A stretch of DNA of 39,755 bases from Planctomycetaceae bacterium (GCA_050257835.1 JBLMXP010000060.1:1-39755), one strand, 5' to 3'; positions 8,543 to 18,121 are shown, counted from the first letter of the stretch. The notes: generated by a model from the letters alone, not told the origin. A program made the numbers and translations.

Positions 8543-9523
8543 GTGGAGATCATCACCAAGAAGAGGATGATGCTGTACTCGGGCACCATCCATCCGACCC
8601 TCGCGCACGAGATCGCCGACAACCTGGGGATCCCCGTGAGCCATTGCGAGCTGCGTCGGTTCGCCTCGGGCGAGATCTACTTCCGCGCCGACGAGTCGGT
8701 CCGCGGCGCCGACGTGTTCGTGGTGCAGACGCACTACGAGCCGGTCAACGAGGCGATCATGGAGCAGCTCGTGATGATCGACGCGATGAAGCGCGCGAGC
8801 GCCAAGCGCATCACCGCGGTCGTCCCCTACTACGGCTACTCGCGGCAGGACAAGAAGGGACTCTCGCGCGAGCCGATCAGCGCGAAGCTCGTCGCGGACC
8901 TGCTGTCCTCCGCCGGGGCCGACCGGATCGTGTCCGTCGACCTGCACAGCGGCCAGATCCAGGGGTACTTCGACGCGCCCTTCGACCACCTGACCGCGCT
9001 GCCGCTGATCTCCTCGTACCTCCGCGACAACCTCGGGCTGCACGGCGATGACCTCGTCGTGGTCGCGCCCGACGCCGGCCGGATCAAGACCTCGGAGAAG
9101 CTCCGCGAGTACCTCCACGCCGACCTGGCCTTCCTCTACAAGCGCCGCTCGCGCAAGGAGGCGCACCGGATCGAGGAGATGGCCGTGGTCGGCGAGGTCG
9201 AGGGCCGTCCCTGCGTGGTCGTCGACGACATGATCGACACCGCGGGCACGCTGACCAAGGGCGTCGAGGCGCTCGCGGCGATGGGCGCGGGTCCGATCTA
9301 CGCCGGCGCCACCCACGCGATCTTCAGCGGCAAGGCGCGCCAGAACCTCGAGGAGGCCCCGATCGAGCAGGTGATCGTGACCAACACGGTCCCGATCCCG
9401 GAGGAGAAGCAGTTCCCGAAGCTGCGGGTCCTGTCGATCGCCCCGCTGATCGCGAGCGCCCTGCGCGCCGTGTTCGAGGATTCGAGCGTCAGCGAGATCT
9501 TCGGCGGCGCGAACCAGGTCTAA
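8543..9523 (+). CDS. prs: Ribose-phosphate pyrophosphokinase
   Basis: F..GE, PYYGYSRQDKK, DLHS.QIQG, VVDDMIDTAGT. Start is GTG 8543 or TTG 8537. Confidence 0.97.
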   Translation: MEIITKKRMMLYSGTIHPTLAHEIADNLGIPVSHCELRRFASGEIYFRADESVRGADVFVVQTHYEPVNEAIMEQLVMIDAMKRASAKRITAVVPYYGYSRQDKKGLSREPISAKLVADLLSSAGADRIVSVDLHSGQIQGYFDAPFDHLTALPLISSYLRDNLGLHGDDLVVVAPDAGRIKTSEKLREYLHADLAFLYKRRSRKEAHRIEEMAVVGEVEGRPCVVVDDMIDTAGTLTKGVEALAAMGAGPIYAGATHAIFSGKARQNLEEAPIEQVIVTNTVPIPEEKQFPKLRVLSIAPLIASALRAVFEDSSVSEIFGGANQV

Positions 9524-11091
9524 CCGAACCGGTCCTCGGCCAGGACGGACCCGTTCGGATCGAAGGCCCGGACGGTCCCGCTCGTCGCGTCGATCGCGCC
9601 GACGAACAACGTGCGGCCGACCGACAGGTGCACGAAGCCCTCGGGGGACAGGTCGACCCGCCGACCCTGGCCGGCGAGCTCGATCGACGCCGAGCCGTCC
9701 GGCACGAGCCCGACGACGACGCTGCGGGATGCGGCTGCACCGGGAGCGAACGGGTCGACGGAGAGCGCCACCAGCCTCGACGGGTCGGGTATCCCGGTCG
9801 CGCTCGCGACCACGCTCGCCGTGGCCGCTGCGTCGCTCGGCGCCGACCAGATCCGGAGTTGCAGCGCTGTGCCGTGCGGGGCCGCCGTGACCCACCACGT
9901 CGAGCCGTCCGCCGCGGTACGGCTCGAGATCCCCGTGTCGCGGATCGCGACGTCCGGGCTCGCGCCGCCGGCGTCGACCGCGGCGAGCACGCTGCCATCC
10001 TCGCCGAGGGCGACGAGCGTGGACCCGAGGTCGGACGGGGTTCGTGTCGCGAAGGCGCGGAGGCCCCGGAACGAGGGCGGGAGCGCGTCGAGGGGGACGG
10101 GGCGCGAGCGCCCGTCGTCGAGCCACAACTCGAGGCGTTCGACAGATGGTCCGACAGGGCCGAAGACCTCGTTCGTGCCCACCCCCTCGTTGCCGAAGTA
10201 CGTGGCCACGGGCTGGGACGGCGTGAGCCTCGACCACGGCTCCTGCTCCCAGGTCACCGGCATCCCCGCCGTCTCGAGCCCGAGTGCGGGTCGGCGCTGC
10301 TGCTGGGCGAGGAGGTTGACCGGGCCGAGATCCCCTCGCATCGAGTCCACGACGTAGGCGGGTCCCTCGATCGGGCCGACGTCGACGTTCCCGGGCACGG
10401 CGGGCGTGCCGCCCGAGAAGGTCATCGAGCCGAAGGCAGCGCCGATCGCGGGATCGTTCGCGTCGCCGAGCACGACGGCGTGGTACGCGATCCCGTCGGC
10501 GGTCCACCGAGTGTCGAGGCCGGCGTCGACGCCCGCCGCGCACCCGCCGCCGGACCGCACGTTCCCTCCGGTCGCGGGGAAGGGGACCGGCCATGACGGC
10601 GCCCCCTCCGCGATCGGTCCGCCGATCGCCTCGACGTACATGACCGATCCACCGTCCGGGATCGAGCCGCCGAGGTCGACCGGGCAGAACCAGTTGCGGC
10701 CCGCCTGGACGTCGACCGGGTCGAAGTTCGTCAACTGCAGGACCGGACGGAAGGCGGAGTGTGGTTGCCGGTCGGCCCAGTCGGAGGTCGTCTGGTCAAG
10801 AGCGACGAGGTACCAGTCGGTCGGATAGGTGATCGAAACGCCTTGGATCGTGCTCGTGCGGACCGAGGTGGTTCGCTGCGCTGGTTGCGTCCTCGCTGAG
10901 GGCGCCAGCGCCCTGATCGCCGCGACGGAGGCGACCGAGACGACGAGCAGGGTGAGGCCCGCGACGAGCCCCGTGAAGGTCTGTCGCTGCCGAACCCGCG
11001 GGCGGACCGTCTCGGGGGCGCGCTCGACCCTGGGCGCCTGCTGCGCGTCGTCCGACAGCACCTGGCGGATGCGCTGCTCGAGGTCGGTCAT
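9520..11091 (-). CDS. Single-TM putative anti-sigma/sensor protein with large extracytoplasmic domain
   Basis: MTDLEQRIR cytoplasmic helix, Arg-rich stretch, one TM, ~450-aa outside domain; ATGA overlap with the upstream ECF gene. Confidence 0.75.
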   Translation of the reverse strand: MTDLEQRIRQVLSDDAQQAPRVERAPETVRPRVRQRQTFTGLVAGLTLLVVSVASVAAIRALAPSARTQPAQRTTSVRTSTIQGVSITYPTDWYLVALDQTTSDWADRQPHSAFRPVLQLTNFDPVDVQAGRNWFCPVDLGGSIPDGGSVMYVEAIGGPIAEGAPSWPVPFPATGGNVRSGGGCAAGVDAGLDTRWTADGIAYHAVVLGDANDPAIGAAFGSMTFSGGTPAVPGNVDVGPIEGPAYVVDSMRGDLGPVNLLAQQQRRPALGLETAGMPVTWEQEPWSRLTPSQPVATYFGNEGVGTNEVFGPVGPSVERLELWLDDGRSRPVPLDALPPSFRGLRAFATRTPSDLGSTLVALGEDGSVLAAVDAGGASPDVAIRDTGISSRTAADGSTWWVTAAPHGTALQLRIWSAPSDAAATASVVASATGIPDPSRLVALSVDPFAPGAAASRSVVVGLVPDGSASIELAGQGRRVDLSPEGFVHLSVGRTLFVGAIDATSGTVRAFDPNGSVLAEDRFG

Positions 11092-11639
11092 CGGTCCTCG
11101 CCTCCGATCGTGGATCGCAGCGTCTCCATCGCCCGGAAGACGAGGGAACGGGCGGCGGTGACCGAGCAGTGCAGGGCGTCGGCCACGTCCTGCTCGGACA
11201 GATCCGCGTAGAAGCGGAGCACGACCGCCGCACGCTGGCGGTCGGGGAGTGCTCCGAGCGCCGCTCGCAGCTCGTCCGACGTCTCGACGTCCGGCGGCGC
11301 CGTCGACGGCTCACGCCCGCCGGTCCGCTCGACCTCGCGCCGCACGTAGGTCCTGGCGACCTTCTCGTGGCGGTGGTGGCTCATGCAGAGGTTGACCACG
11401 GTGCGCCGTAGGTATGCATCGAACGCGCCCGTGGACCGCAGGTGGCGGAACCGCCCGGCGACCCGGATGAACGCCTCCTGCGCGATATCCTCCGAGAGCG
11501 CCGCGTCGCGCGTGAGCAGGAAGGCGAGGCGCACGGCGTCGGGCGCATGGCGGACGTAGAGGTCCTCCAGGCTCCCGGAGCGCGGCCCGTCGAACCCCGT
11601 GTCCTGTTCCCGCTCCTTCACGGCAGCCCTCTCGCGCAT
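11088..11639 (-). CDS. ECF sigma factor (actinobacterial SigE-like family)
   Basis: Region 2 'RLAFLLT.D...EDIAQEAF...AYLRRTVVN'; region 4 'LPDRQRAAVVLRFYADLSE..VA..L'. Confidence 0.9.
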   Translation of the reverse strand: MRERAAVKEREQDTGFDGPRSGSLEDLYVRHAPDAVRLAFLLTRDAALSEDIAQEAFIRVAGRFRHLRSTGAFDAYLRRTVVNLCMSHHRHEKVARTYVRREVERTGGREPSTAPPDVETSDELRAALGALPDRQRAAVVLRFYADLSEQDVADALHCSVTAARSLVFRAMETLRSTIGGEDR

Positions 11640-11691
11640 CTCACCATGGAGACGCGTCGGGAGGTCGTTGCATCGCGGTCGATCTTCGAGC

Positions 11692-12813
11692 TCAGGCGCC
11701 GCCCGGCAGGGGGCAGTCCTGGGCGCTCGGCAACACCAGCGAGCCGGCCGGTCCCTGGAAGACGAACGGGGCGATGCAGGGGTCCGTCGTCGACGCCACG
11801 AAGTAGTGTTCACCCCCGACACCGGGCAGCGGCCGGCCCGAAGCTTCGCGACGCACCGACGAGAAACCTCTGGGGACCGTGCCGAACACGATCGTGCCCC
11901 CGTCCGACGTCGGATACGACCACACCTGTGGCTCGCGACCGACGGAAGCGCAACGGTTGGCGACGGGCCGTCCGTCCAGCCGCAATGTCACGCACTCGAC
12001 GACCTCGTCGACGCCATCCGTGACGTAGCCCTCGATCCCATAGGTGTGGCTGCCGAGCCGCGTCGTCGAGACCACCTGTCGTCCACTCCCCATGCTCGGT
12101 ACGTCGGATGCGGTTGGCTGCTCGAACGGGTGTCCCCAGACGTTGCCGCGTGCGTCGGTCACGGACGCGCGCCACTGCTGGGCGCTCGAGGTCGCGAACG
12201 TGAACGCGCCCGAGATCGTCGACCCGGTCGGTGGGAGCGCCACGACCGATTGCGTCTTCGACCTCGTGGCGCCGTCTCGGGAGAGCGCGACCGTCACGTC
12301 GCCGCGGACCACGCCGTAGGTGACGATCGTGGACCAGGGAGATCCGGGCAACACGTCCGAGAGTTGCATGCCCGCGGCGTCGATCGGACCGCTGATCTTC
12401 GAGAACCGCTCGACCTCGATCGGCTGCCACCCTTGCGTCGCGCTCGGGTCGCGGAGCTCGAGGCGGGCGAGGACCCCGCCCGCGGAGGTCGCCGCCCACG
12501 CGCCGCCGGTAAGGATCACGACCCGCCATTCCCTGCCGTCTTGGGTGATCCCACCGCCCACGATCGTCGCCGTGTCGCCGGTCGGCAGCGTGATCCGATC
12601 CGCGGGCGCCGGGATCTGCGGGGGGCGCAACGACCGGACCACGCCGACCGACGCCCCCACCAGCACGAGCACGAGGACGACCGCGAGGCCCGTCGTGAGG
12701 ATCCTTCCGCGACGCGCGCGTCGGAGCACCTCGGGATCGGGCAGGCCGGGCGAGAGCCGCGAGCCTTCGTGATCTCGGAACGCGGTGCGCAGGCGCCCTT
12801 CGAGGTCGTTCAT
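11692..12813 (-). CDS. Single-TM putative anti-sigma/sensor protein
   Basis: MNDLEGRLR..., RRARRGR, TM, Cys-containing outside domain; ATGA overlap with the ECF gene. Confidence 0.75.
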   Translation of the reverse strand: MNDLEGRLRTAFRDHEGSRLSPGLPDPEVLRRARRGRILTTGLAVVLVLVLVGASVGVVRSLRPPQIPAPADRITLPTGDTATIVGGGITQDGREWRVVILTGGAWAATSAGGVLARLELRDPSATQGWQPIEVERFSKISGPIDAAGMQLSDVLPGSPWSTIVTYGVVRGDVTVALSRDGATRSKTQSVVALPPTGSTISGAFTFATSSAQQWRASVTDARGNVWGHPFEQPTASDVPSMGSGRQVVSTTRLGSHTYGIEGYVTDGVDEVVECVTLRLDGRPVANRCASVGREPQVWSYPTSDGGTIVFGTVPRGFSSVRREASGRPLPGVGGEHYFVASTTDPCIAPFVFQGPAGSLVLPSAQDCPLPGGA

Positions 12814-13340
12814 CGTTCGTCCTCCATCACGGAGCGAAGCGTCGTCATCGCCCGGCGCACGAGCGAGTTCACGCCCACCACCGAGGTCCGCAGGATCCTC
12901 GCGGTCTCGTCCTCGGTCAGGTCCTCGCAGAAGCGCAGGACGACGGCCGCGCGCTGGCGCGGCGGGAGCGCCGAGAGGGCTCGGAGCAGCAGGTCGCGGT
13001 CCTCGATGCGCGGCGGGTCGACGGTCGGGACCCGCCGAGGCTGCGCGGCGAGGTAGCGCCGCTCGACCCGTCGCCGTCGCATCCGGGACGTGTGCAGGTT
13101 GACCACGGTCCTGCGCAGGTACGCGTCGAACGACGCGGGGTCCCGCAGGTCCCGGTATCGCGACACGGCGCGGACGAACGCGTCGTGGACGAGATCTTCG
13201 GCGGCGTCGCGCCGGCCGGTGAGGAAGTAGGCGACCCGCATCGCCGCGGGCGTCGAACGCACGTAGAGCTCGGCGAGCGCGTCGCCGGTCGGCTCGTCGA
13301 GCGCGCCGGTCTGCGTCAAGGTGCGGGTCCTCTCGGGCAT
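12810..13340 (-). CDS. ECF sigma factor (SigE-like family)
   Basis: AYFLTG...AEDLVHDAF...AYLRRTVVN; LPPRQRAAVVLRFCEDL. Confidence 0.9.
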   Translation of the reverse strand: MPERTRTLTQTGALDEPTGDALAELYVRSTPAAMRVAYFLTGRRDAAEDLVHDAFVRAVSRYRDLRDPASFDAYLRRTVVNLHTSRMRRRRVERRYLAAQPRRVPTVDPPRIEDRDLLLRALSALPPRQRAAVVLRFCEDLTEDETARILRTSVVGVNSLVRRAMTTLRSVMEDER

Positions 13341-13418
13341 CGTCGAGATGAAGACGCCTGAGGATGCAAGGAGACGGCGGTGGACGCAACGCGCGTGCGC
13401 GTCAGGTCCGCCGACCGC

Positions 13419-13688
13419 TTACCCCAAGACGGGGCGCGCGTGCGCGCCGCCGTGCCCGCCGAACCACACCGCCGCTCTGCGCTTCAGCTGGTGGCGGCAC
13501 TTGCGGAAACGATGAGGGGCAGCACATCCCGCCATCGTGAGGATCATGCCGCCGACGATCACGAGCTGGATCGCCAGCCCGCAGATCACCCCGGCGAGCA
13601 CGACCCAGAACAGTGGTTCGAGTGCCAGCAAGGTGCCCGGATCGGGCCTGAGGAGCCGGTCCAACGCGGTCCTGATGCCGTCCGACAT
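13419..13688 (-). CDS. Small hypothetical membrane protein (89 aa)
   Basis: AGGAGG RBS upstream of the ATG; long hydrophobic segment; basic Cys/His-containing tail. Confidence 0.55.
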   Translation of the reverse strand: MSDGIRTALDRLLRPDPGTLLALEPLFWVVLAGVICGLAIQLVIVGGMILTMAGCAAPHRFRKCRHQLKRRAAVWFGGHGGAHARPVLG

Positions 13689-13843
13689 CTGGAGGACCTC
13701 CTCTCCACCTCCATGCTCTCACCAGCGCGTTCACGAAGCGACCGGTCGATGCGACCGTCGGTCGCCCACGCCCGGCGGGAGCAGGGCCTTCGGCCCTGGG
13801 CCCGCGCAGAGCGTGGGCGGAGGCTGAGGGATATCCCGAACGG

Positions 13844-15886
13844 CTACGGCGTCTTGATCAACGCCAGTCGTCCCGGCTCGGCCCGGACCGTGAAGGGTGA
13901 GGCGGGCACCAAATGGCCGTTCGCGTCCGTCGCCCGGAACGTGACGTCGCCCGCGCTCACCGGCACGATCGCCACGCAGACGTTGAGGCCCGCGTAAGCG
14001 CCCGACCCCTCGGGCATGTCGACGCACTGCGGGTACACGACCTGACCCGCCGTCGTGACGTGCGATCCCGCGGGCGCGATCACCACCACGAGCGAGGAGG
14101 TCTCACCCGCGACGTCGTCGAGGCTGGCGACGCCGGGCTCGGGGACGCCGAGGCACCTCGCGGGGTCGCTGGCCGTGTCGCCCGCGACGAACGCCACCTG
14201 CAGGCACCGCTCGGGGGGGTCGCCGTACGCGAGCTTCCACGACACGCCGTCCTGGCCGCCCCCCATCACGACGCCGCCCGGGAACGGGGCGGCGTGCACC
14301 GGCCACGAGGTCGCCGAGGGCGGGAACCCGTCGTCCGCGATCTTGACCCCGGTGCCGGTTCCCGGCAACGGGATGACCCACACGCGGCCCGGATGGCCGA
14401 GCTCGTCCTCTGCCGGCATCCACCACCCGTTGATCGTGGGGCCGCCGTCCACCTTGACCTTCACGAACGACACCGAGGGGCCCTCCTGCGCGAGCATCAG
14501 CGTCCCGCCGGCCACGTCGAACATGGTCGACCCCCCGTTCAGCATCGAGTTGATCGTCGAGTCGCCGGACGAGACGAGGAAGCCGTCCTTCGTGTCCGAG
14601 AACGTCCAGGTTCGTCCGAACAGGTTCAGCGTGCCCGTCACGGTGCCATCTGGCGCCGTGGTCGTCGGGATGCGTCCGCCTGCGAGGTCGATGGGCGGTC
14701 GGGTCTGCGAGAGCAGGTACGTCTGGCCGTTCGCGCCGGTGATCGAGGCGTCCCGGCCGTAGGGGACCTCCGCCCACCAGATCCACCCGTCGTGGACGTC
14801 GGGGGCCACCGTCTGGATCCCGGCGGGCCACCAGACCAGGGTGGCGGGCCCGGTCCTCGAGTCGCCGATCGCGTCGATCGACGCCACCGACCCGTCGGCC
14901 GTGCCCCACGTCACGAGGGGGTCCGAGGCTTCCACGACGGGTTGGCCCGGCACCGGAAGGTCGACCGTCGTCGCGGTCTCGGTCGTGTCCACCGACACGC
15001 CGACCAGCACGGCCTGTGCGCGGCACGCGCTCGCGTCGCACCCGAACGGCGCCGTGGCTTCGAGCCGCCAGCTCGCGCCGGCCTCGACGACGTAGCCCGG
15101 CCCCGGAAGCGCGGAGGGCTGGACCTTGCTCGGCACGATCGCCGGGTCGTAGATCGGCACGTGGTGGAACCAGTCCCGGATCCATGCCGCGTCGCTCGGC
15201 GACGCCTGCGCGCCGACGAAGGAGACGACCGCGTAGGGGATCGGCCCGCCGAGCGCCGTCTCGATCCGATCCGCGTGCGGGCAGGCTTGCCGCAGCGAGT
15301 CCGCGCTCTGGCCGTGCGACAGGGCGGTGACGACGTACGCGACCCCGGTGAGCGGGAGGTCGACGGGCGTTCGATCGCCCAGACCGCAGAGCGTCGAGGA
15401 GGTCCCCGGATCGAAGTTCGACACGGAGAGGACGGGCACGCCGCCCGGCACCGGCTGCGGCGTCGACGTGCAGTCCTGCGACGGCTGCGCGACCGGCGAT
15501 CCCGAGCCGCCGACCGGCGTGCCGGAGCCGCTGAACGAGCAGCTCTGGGCGGAGGTCGTCAGCACGCTGGACCACGGCCACAGGTCCTGCAGGGTCCACC
15601 CCTGCGGCGCCGTGACCGTGAACCCCTGGATCGAGGTCGTGCGCTCCGGGTAGGGCGCCCCCTTGCTCGTGTCGGCGGGCTGCGGGGCCGGCGCGCGCGT
15701 GACCGCCCCGACCGCGGCGATCGCGACGGCGAGCGCGACGATCCCGGCGAGCGCGCTACCGGCGACGGTCCGGGCCTGCCGGCGCCGTCCGCGGCGCAGC
15801 ACCTCCTGGGGCGCCGCGGCAGGCGTGCCGAGGTGGTCGGCCTTCGCGTGGAGCAACTCCTTCAGCTCGTGCTCGAGGTCCGTCAT
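13844..15886 (-). CDS. Single-TM putative anti-sigma/sensor protein with large extracytoplasmic domain
   Basis: MTDLEHELK..., RRGRRR, TM, ~600-aa Cys-containing outside domain; ATGA overlap with the ECF gene. Confidence 0.78.
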   Translation of the reverse strand: MTDLEHELKELLHAKADHLGTPAAAPQEVLRRGRRRQARTVAGSALAGIVALAVAIAAVGAVTRAPAPQPADTSKGAPYPERTTSIQGFTVTAPQGWTLQDLWPWSSVLTTSAQSCSFSGSGTPVGGSGSPVAQPSQDCTSTPQPVPGGVPVLSVSNFDPGTSSTLCGLGDRTPVDLPLTGVAYVVTALSHGQSADSLRQACPHADRIETALGGPIPYAVVSFVGAQASPSDAAWIRDWFHHVPIYDPAIVPSKVQPSALPGPGYVVEAGASWRLEATAPFGCDASACRAQAVLVGVSVDTTETATTVDLPVPGQPVVEASDPLVTWGTADGSVASIDAIGDSRTGPATLVWWPAGIQTVAPDVHDGWIWWAEVPYGRDASITGANGQTYLLSQTRPPIDLAGGRIPTTTAPDGTVTGTLNLFGRTWTFSDTKDGFLVSSGDSTINSMLNGGSTMFDVAGGTLMLAQEGPSVSFVKVKVDGGPTINGWWMPAEDELGHPGRVWVIPLPGTGTGVKIADDGFPPSATSWPVHAAPFPGGVVMGGGQDGVSWKLAYGDPPERCLQVAFVAGDTASDPARCLGVPEPGVASLDDVAGETSSLVVVIAPAGSHVTTAGQVVYPQCVDMPEGSGAYAGLNVCVAIVPVSAGDVTFRATDANGHLVPASPFTVRAEPGRLALIKTP

Positions 15887-16419
15887 CGGTCCTCACCCCC
15901 CAGGCGGCTGCGCAGGGCCTCGGAGCCCCGCTGGACGAGCGACTTCACGGCCGCGACGCTGCATCCCAGCGCCGTGGCCGTGTCGTGCTCGGACAGGTCT
16001 TCGTAGTAGCGGAGCACCAGCGCGGCTCGCTGGCGGGGCGGCAGGGTCTGCAGCGCCCGCCACAGATCCTCGCGCGCGCCGACGTCGGGCATCGACGCGG
16101 TCGTGTTCACCGCGCGATGGCCTTCTCGACGGAGCCACTCGCGCTCTAGGCGCGTGCGCCGGAGCTTCGAGGTGTGTAGGTTGACGACCGCTCTGCGCAG
16201 GTAGGCATCGAACGCCTCCCTCGCGCGCAGGTGACCGAAGCGGCCCACGCACCGGATGAAGGCGTCGTGCGCGAGGTCTTCGGCCTGGGAGGGGTCACCG
16301 GTCAGCAGGTAGGCGAGCCGGATCGCGGCGGGGACGTGGCGTGCGTAGAGCTCGGCCATCGTGCCGCGGTCCGGCTCCACCAGCGCGTCCTCCATCGTGG
16401 TGACCGTCCTTCCGTCCAT
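15883..16419 (-). CDS. ECF sigma factor (SigE-like family)
   Basis: RLAYLLTGD...AEDLAHDAF...AYLRRAVVN; LPPRQRAALVLRYYEDLSE..TA..LGCS...VKS. Start 16419 or 16395. Confidence 0.9.
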   Translation of the reverse strand: MDGRTVTTMEDALVEPDRGTMAELYARHVPAAIRLAYLLTGDPSQAEDLAHDAFIRCVGRFGHLRAREAFDAYLRRAVVNLHTSKLRRTRLEREWLRREGHRAVNTTASMPDVGAREDLWRALQTLPPRQRAALVLRYYEDLSEHDTATALGCSVAAVKSLVQRGSEALRSRLGGEDR

Positions 16420-16505
16420 CTCACCCTCTCGGACGCACGGCCCGGCCGGAAGGTATCGCGTGCGGGCGTCTCGACCCTGCGCCACGGTCGCCGCTCGCGG
16501 CCTGT

Positions 16506-16514
16506 TGCTACCAT
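16506..16514 (+). promoter_or_regulatory. Extended -10 promoter of rplY
   Basis: TGC-TACCAT about 38 nt upstream of ATG 16552. Confidence 0.55.
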
Positions 16515-16551
16515 CCGAGGGTTCCCAGACCTCTACGAGGACCAGCACGCC

Positions 16552-17220
16552 ATGGAAACCACCCTGAAGGCTGAACGTCGCGACGGCACCGGCAAGGGGG
16601 CCGCCCGTAAGCTCCGCGCGGCCGGACGCGTCCCCGCCGTCCTGTACGGCCACGGCGCCGAGCCGGCGCTCCTGTCGGTCGCGAGCCAGGACCTCCTGCA
16701 CCTGTTCCGCCAGGCGGGTGGCTCGGTCCTGATCGACCTGAAGATCGACGGGAAGAGCCACCTGGCGATCCCCAAGGAGGTTCAGCGCGACCACCTGCAC
16801 GGCCGCTACGTCCACGTCGACTTCCTGGCGGTGCGCCGCGACGAGCTGATCAAGGTCCAGGTCGAGGTCCGCGCGATCGGCGACGCGCCCGGCGTGAAGG
16901 CCGGGGGCGTCGTGGAGTTCCACACCCGGGAACTCGAGATCGAGGCGATCCCCACGAACGTCCCCGAGTACCTGGAGCTCGACGTGAGCGAGCTCGAGAT
17001 CGGGCAGAGCCTCAAGGCGGGCGACGTCACCCCGCCCGAGGGCGTGACGATCCTCGCCGATCCCGAGGAGACCGTGCTGTCCGTCATCACGCCGGCGGCG
17101 CTGCGTACCGAGGCCGACCTCACGCTCCCGGGCGAGGAGGCCCCCGAGGCCGAGGGCGAGGCCGCGCCCGCGGCCGAAGAGGCCGCCCCGGCCGCCGACG
17201 AGGGCGGCGAGGAGGCCTAA
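16552..17220 (+). CDS. rplY: 50S ribosomal protein L25/Ctc
   Basis: R..TGKGAARKLRA.GRVPAVLYG, HVDF, GVK.GG, acidic C-terminal tail; precedes pth. Confidence 0.96.
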   Translation: METTLKAERRDGTGKGAARKLRAAGRVPAVLYGHGAEPALLSVASQDLLHLFRQAGGSVLIDLKIDGKSHLAIPKEVQRDHLHGRYVHVDFLAVRRDELIKVQVEVRAIGDAPGVKAGGVVEFHTRELEIEAIPTNVPEYLELDVSELEIGQSLKAGDVTPPEGVTILADPEETVLSVITPAALRTEADLTLPGEEAPEAEGEAAPAAEEAAPAADEGGEEA

Positions 17221-17247
17221 CCGGCCCCCGCCGGCACGAGGCGCTCG

Positions 17248-17826
17248 ATGGCGTGGCTCGTCGCGGGCCTGGGCAATCCCGGCGCCGAGTACGCGAACAC
17301 TCGCCACAACGTGGGCGCGATGGTCGTCGCCGAGATGGCCCGCGCCGCGGGTGAGCGCTTCAAGAAGGTGCGGTTCCTCCCGGCGGAGCAGGCCGAGATC
17401 CACGAGGCCGGCGAACGGGTGCTCCTCGTGCGCTCCACCCTCTACATGAACGGATCGGGGCCGTCCTACGCCGGCGTGGCGCGCAAGCACGGGATCGAGC
17501 CGGACCATCTGATCGCGGTGCACGACGAGCTCGAGGTGCCCGCCGGCGAGCTCCGCGTGAAGTTCGGCGGCGGCTCCGCGGGCCACAACGGGTTGAAGTC
17601 CCTCACCCAGGCGCTGCGCACGCCCGACTACCACCGGGTGCGGATCGGGATCGGTCGCCCGCCCGGCCGCCAGGACCCCGCGGATTTCGTGCTGAGCCCG
17701 ATCGGCAAGCGAGACGAGGCCGACATCGCGCTCCTGGTCGACAGGGCCGCCGACGCGGTGCGTTCGTTGATCGCCGAGGGGCTCGGACCCACTCAGGATC
17801 GGTTCAACCGCAACGCAGGTCGGTGA
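17248..17826 (+). CDS. pth: Peptidyl-tRNA hydrolase
   Basis: GLGNPG, TRHNVG, YMN.SG, HDEL, GHNGLKS, RIGIGRP. Confidence 0.97.
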   Translation: MAWLVAGLGNPGAEYANTRHNVGAMVVAEMARAAGERFKKVRFLPAEQAEIHEAGERVLLVRSTLYMNGSGPSYAGVARKHGIEPDHLIAVHDELEVPAGELRVKFGGGSAGHNGLKSLTQALRTPDYHRVRIGIGRPPGRQDPADFVLSPIGKRDEADIALLVDRAADAVRSLIAEGLGPTQDRFNRNAGR

Positions 17827-18022
17827 CCTTCCGCTCGCAGGGTGTCGGTCCACGTGGGTCCAAACGCGTAGGTCTTCGGGCGTACCGTGGCGACGGTAGA
17901 AGGGGGTCGAGGGGAGGACTTCCGTCCTCCCGGGTAGGCCACCGCGATCCGCGACCCTCGCCCGATATGCCGACAGGGCTCCGTTACCGACACTTTCCTG
18001 GACGGAACAAGGAGGTGATCGG

Positions 18023-18121
18023 ATGCGAGCGAAGTTCTCCGGATGGAAGCACTGGCTGTTCTCGGCCACCGTGCTCGCCACCGTTGTGCTCGCGGCCGGC
18101 GCCCGGTTCAAGCCGAACTGA
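18023..18121 (+). CDS. Small peptide A1 (32 aa) MRAKFSGWKHWLFSATVLATVVLAAGARFKPN
   Basis: AAGGAGGTGA RBS just upstream of the ATG; paralog at 18513; shared GA-x-[FY]-KP-x C-terminus. Confidence 0.85.
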   Translation: MRAKFSGWKHWLFSATVLATVVLAAGARFKPN

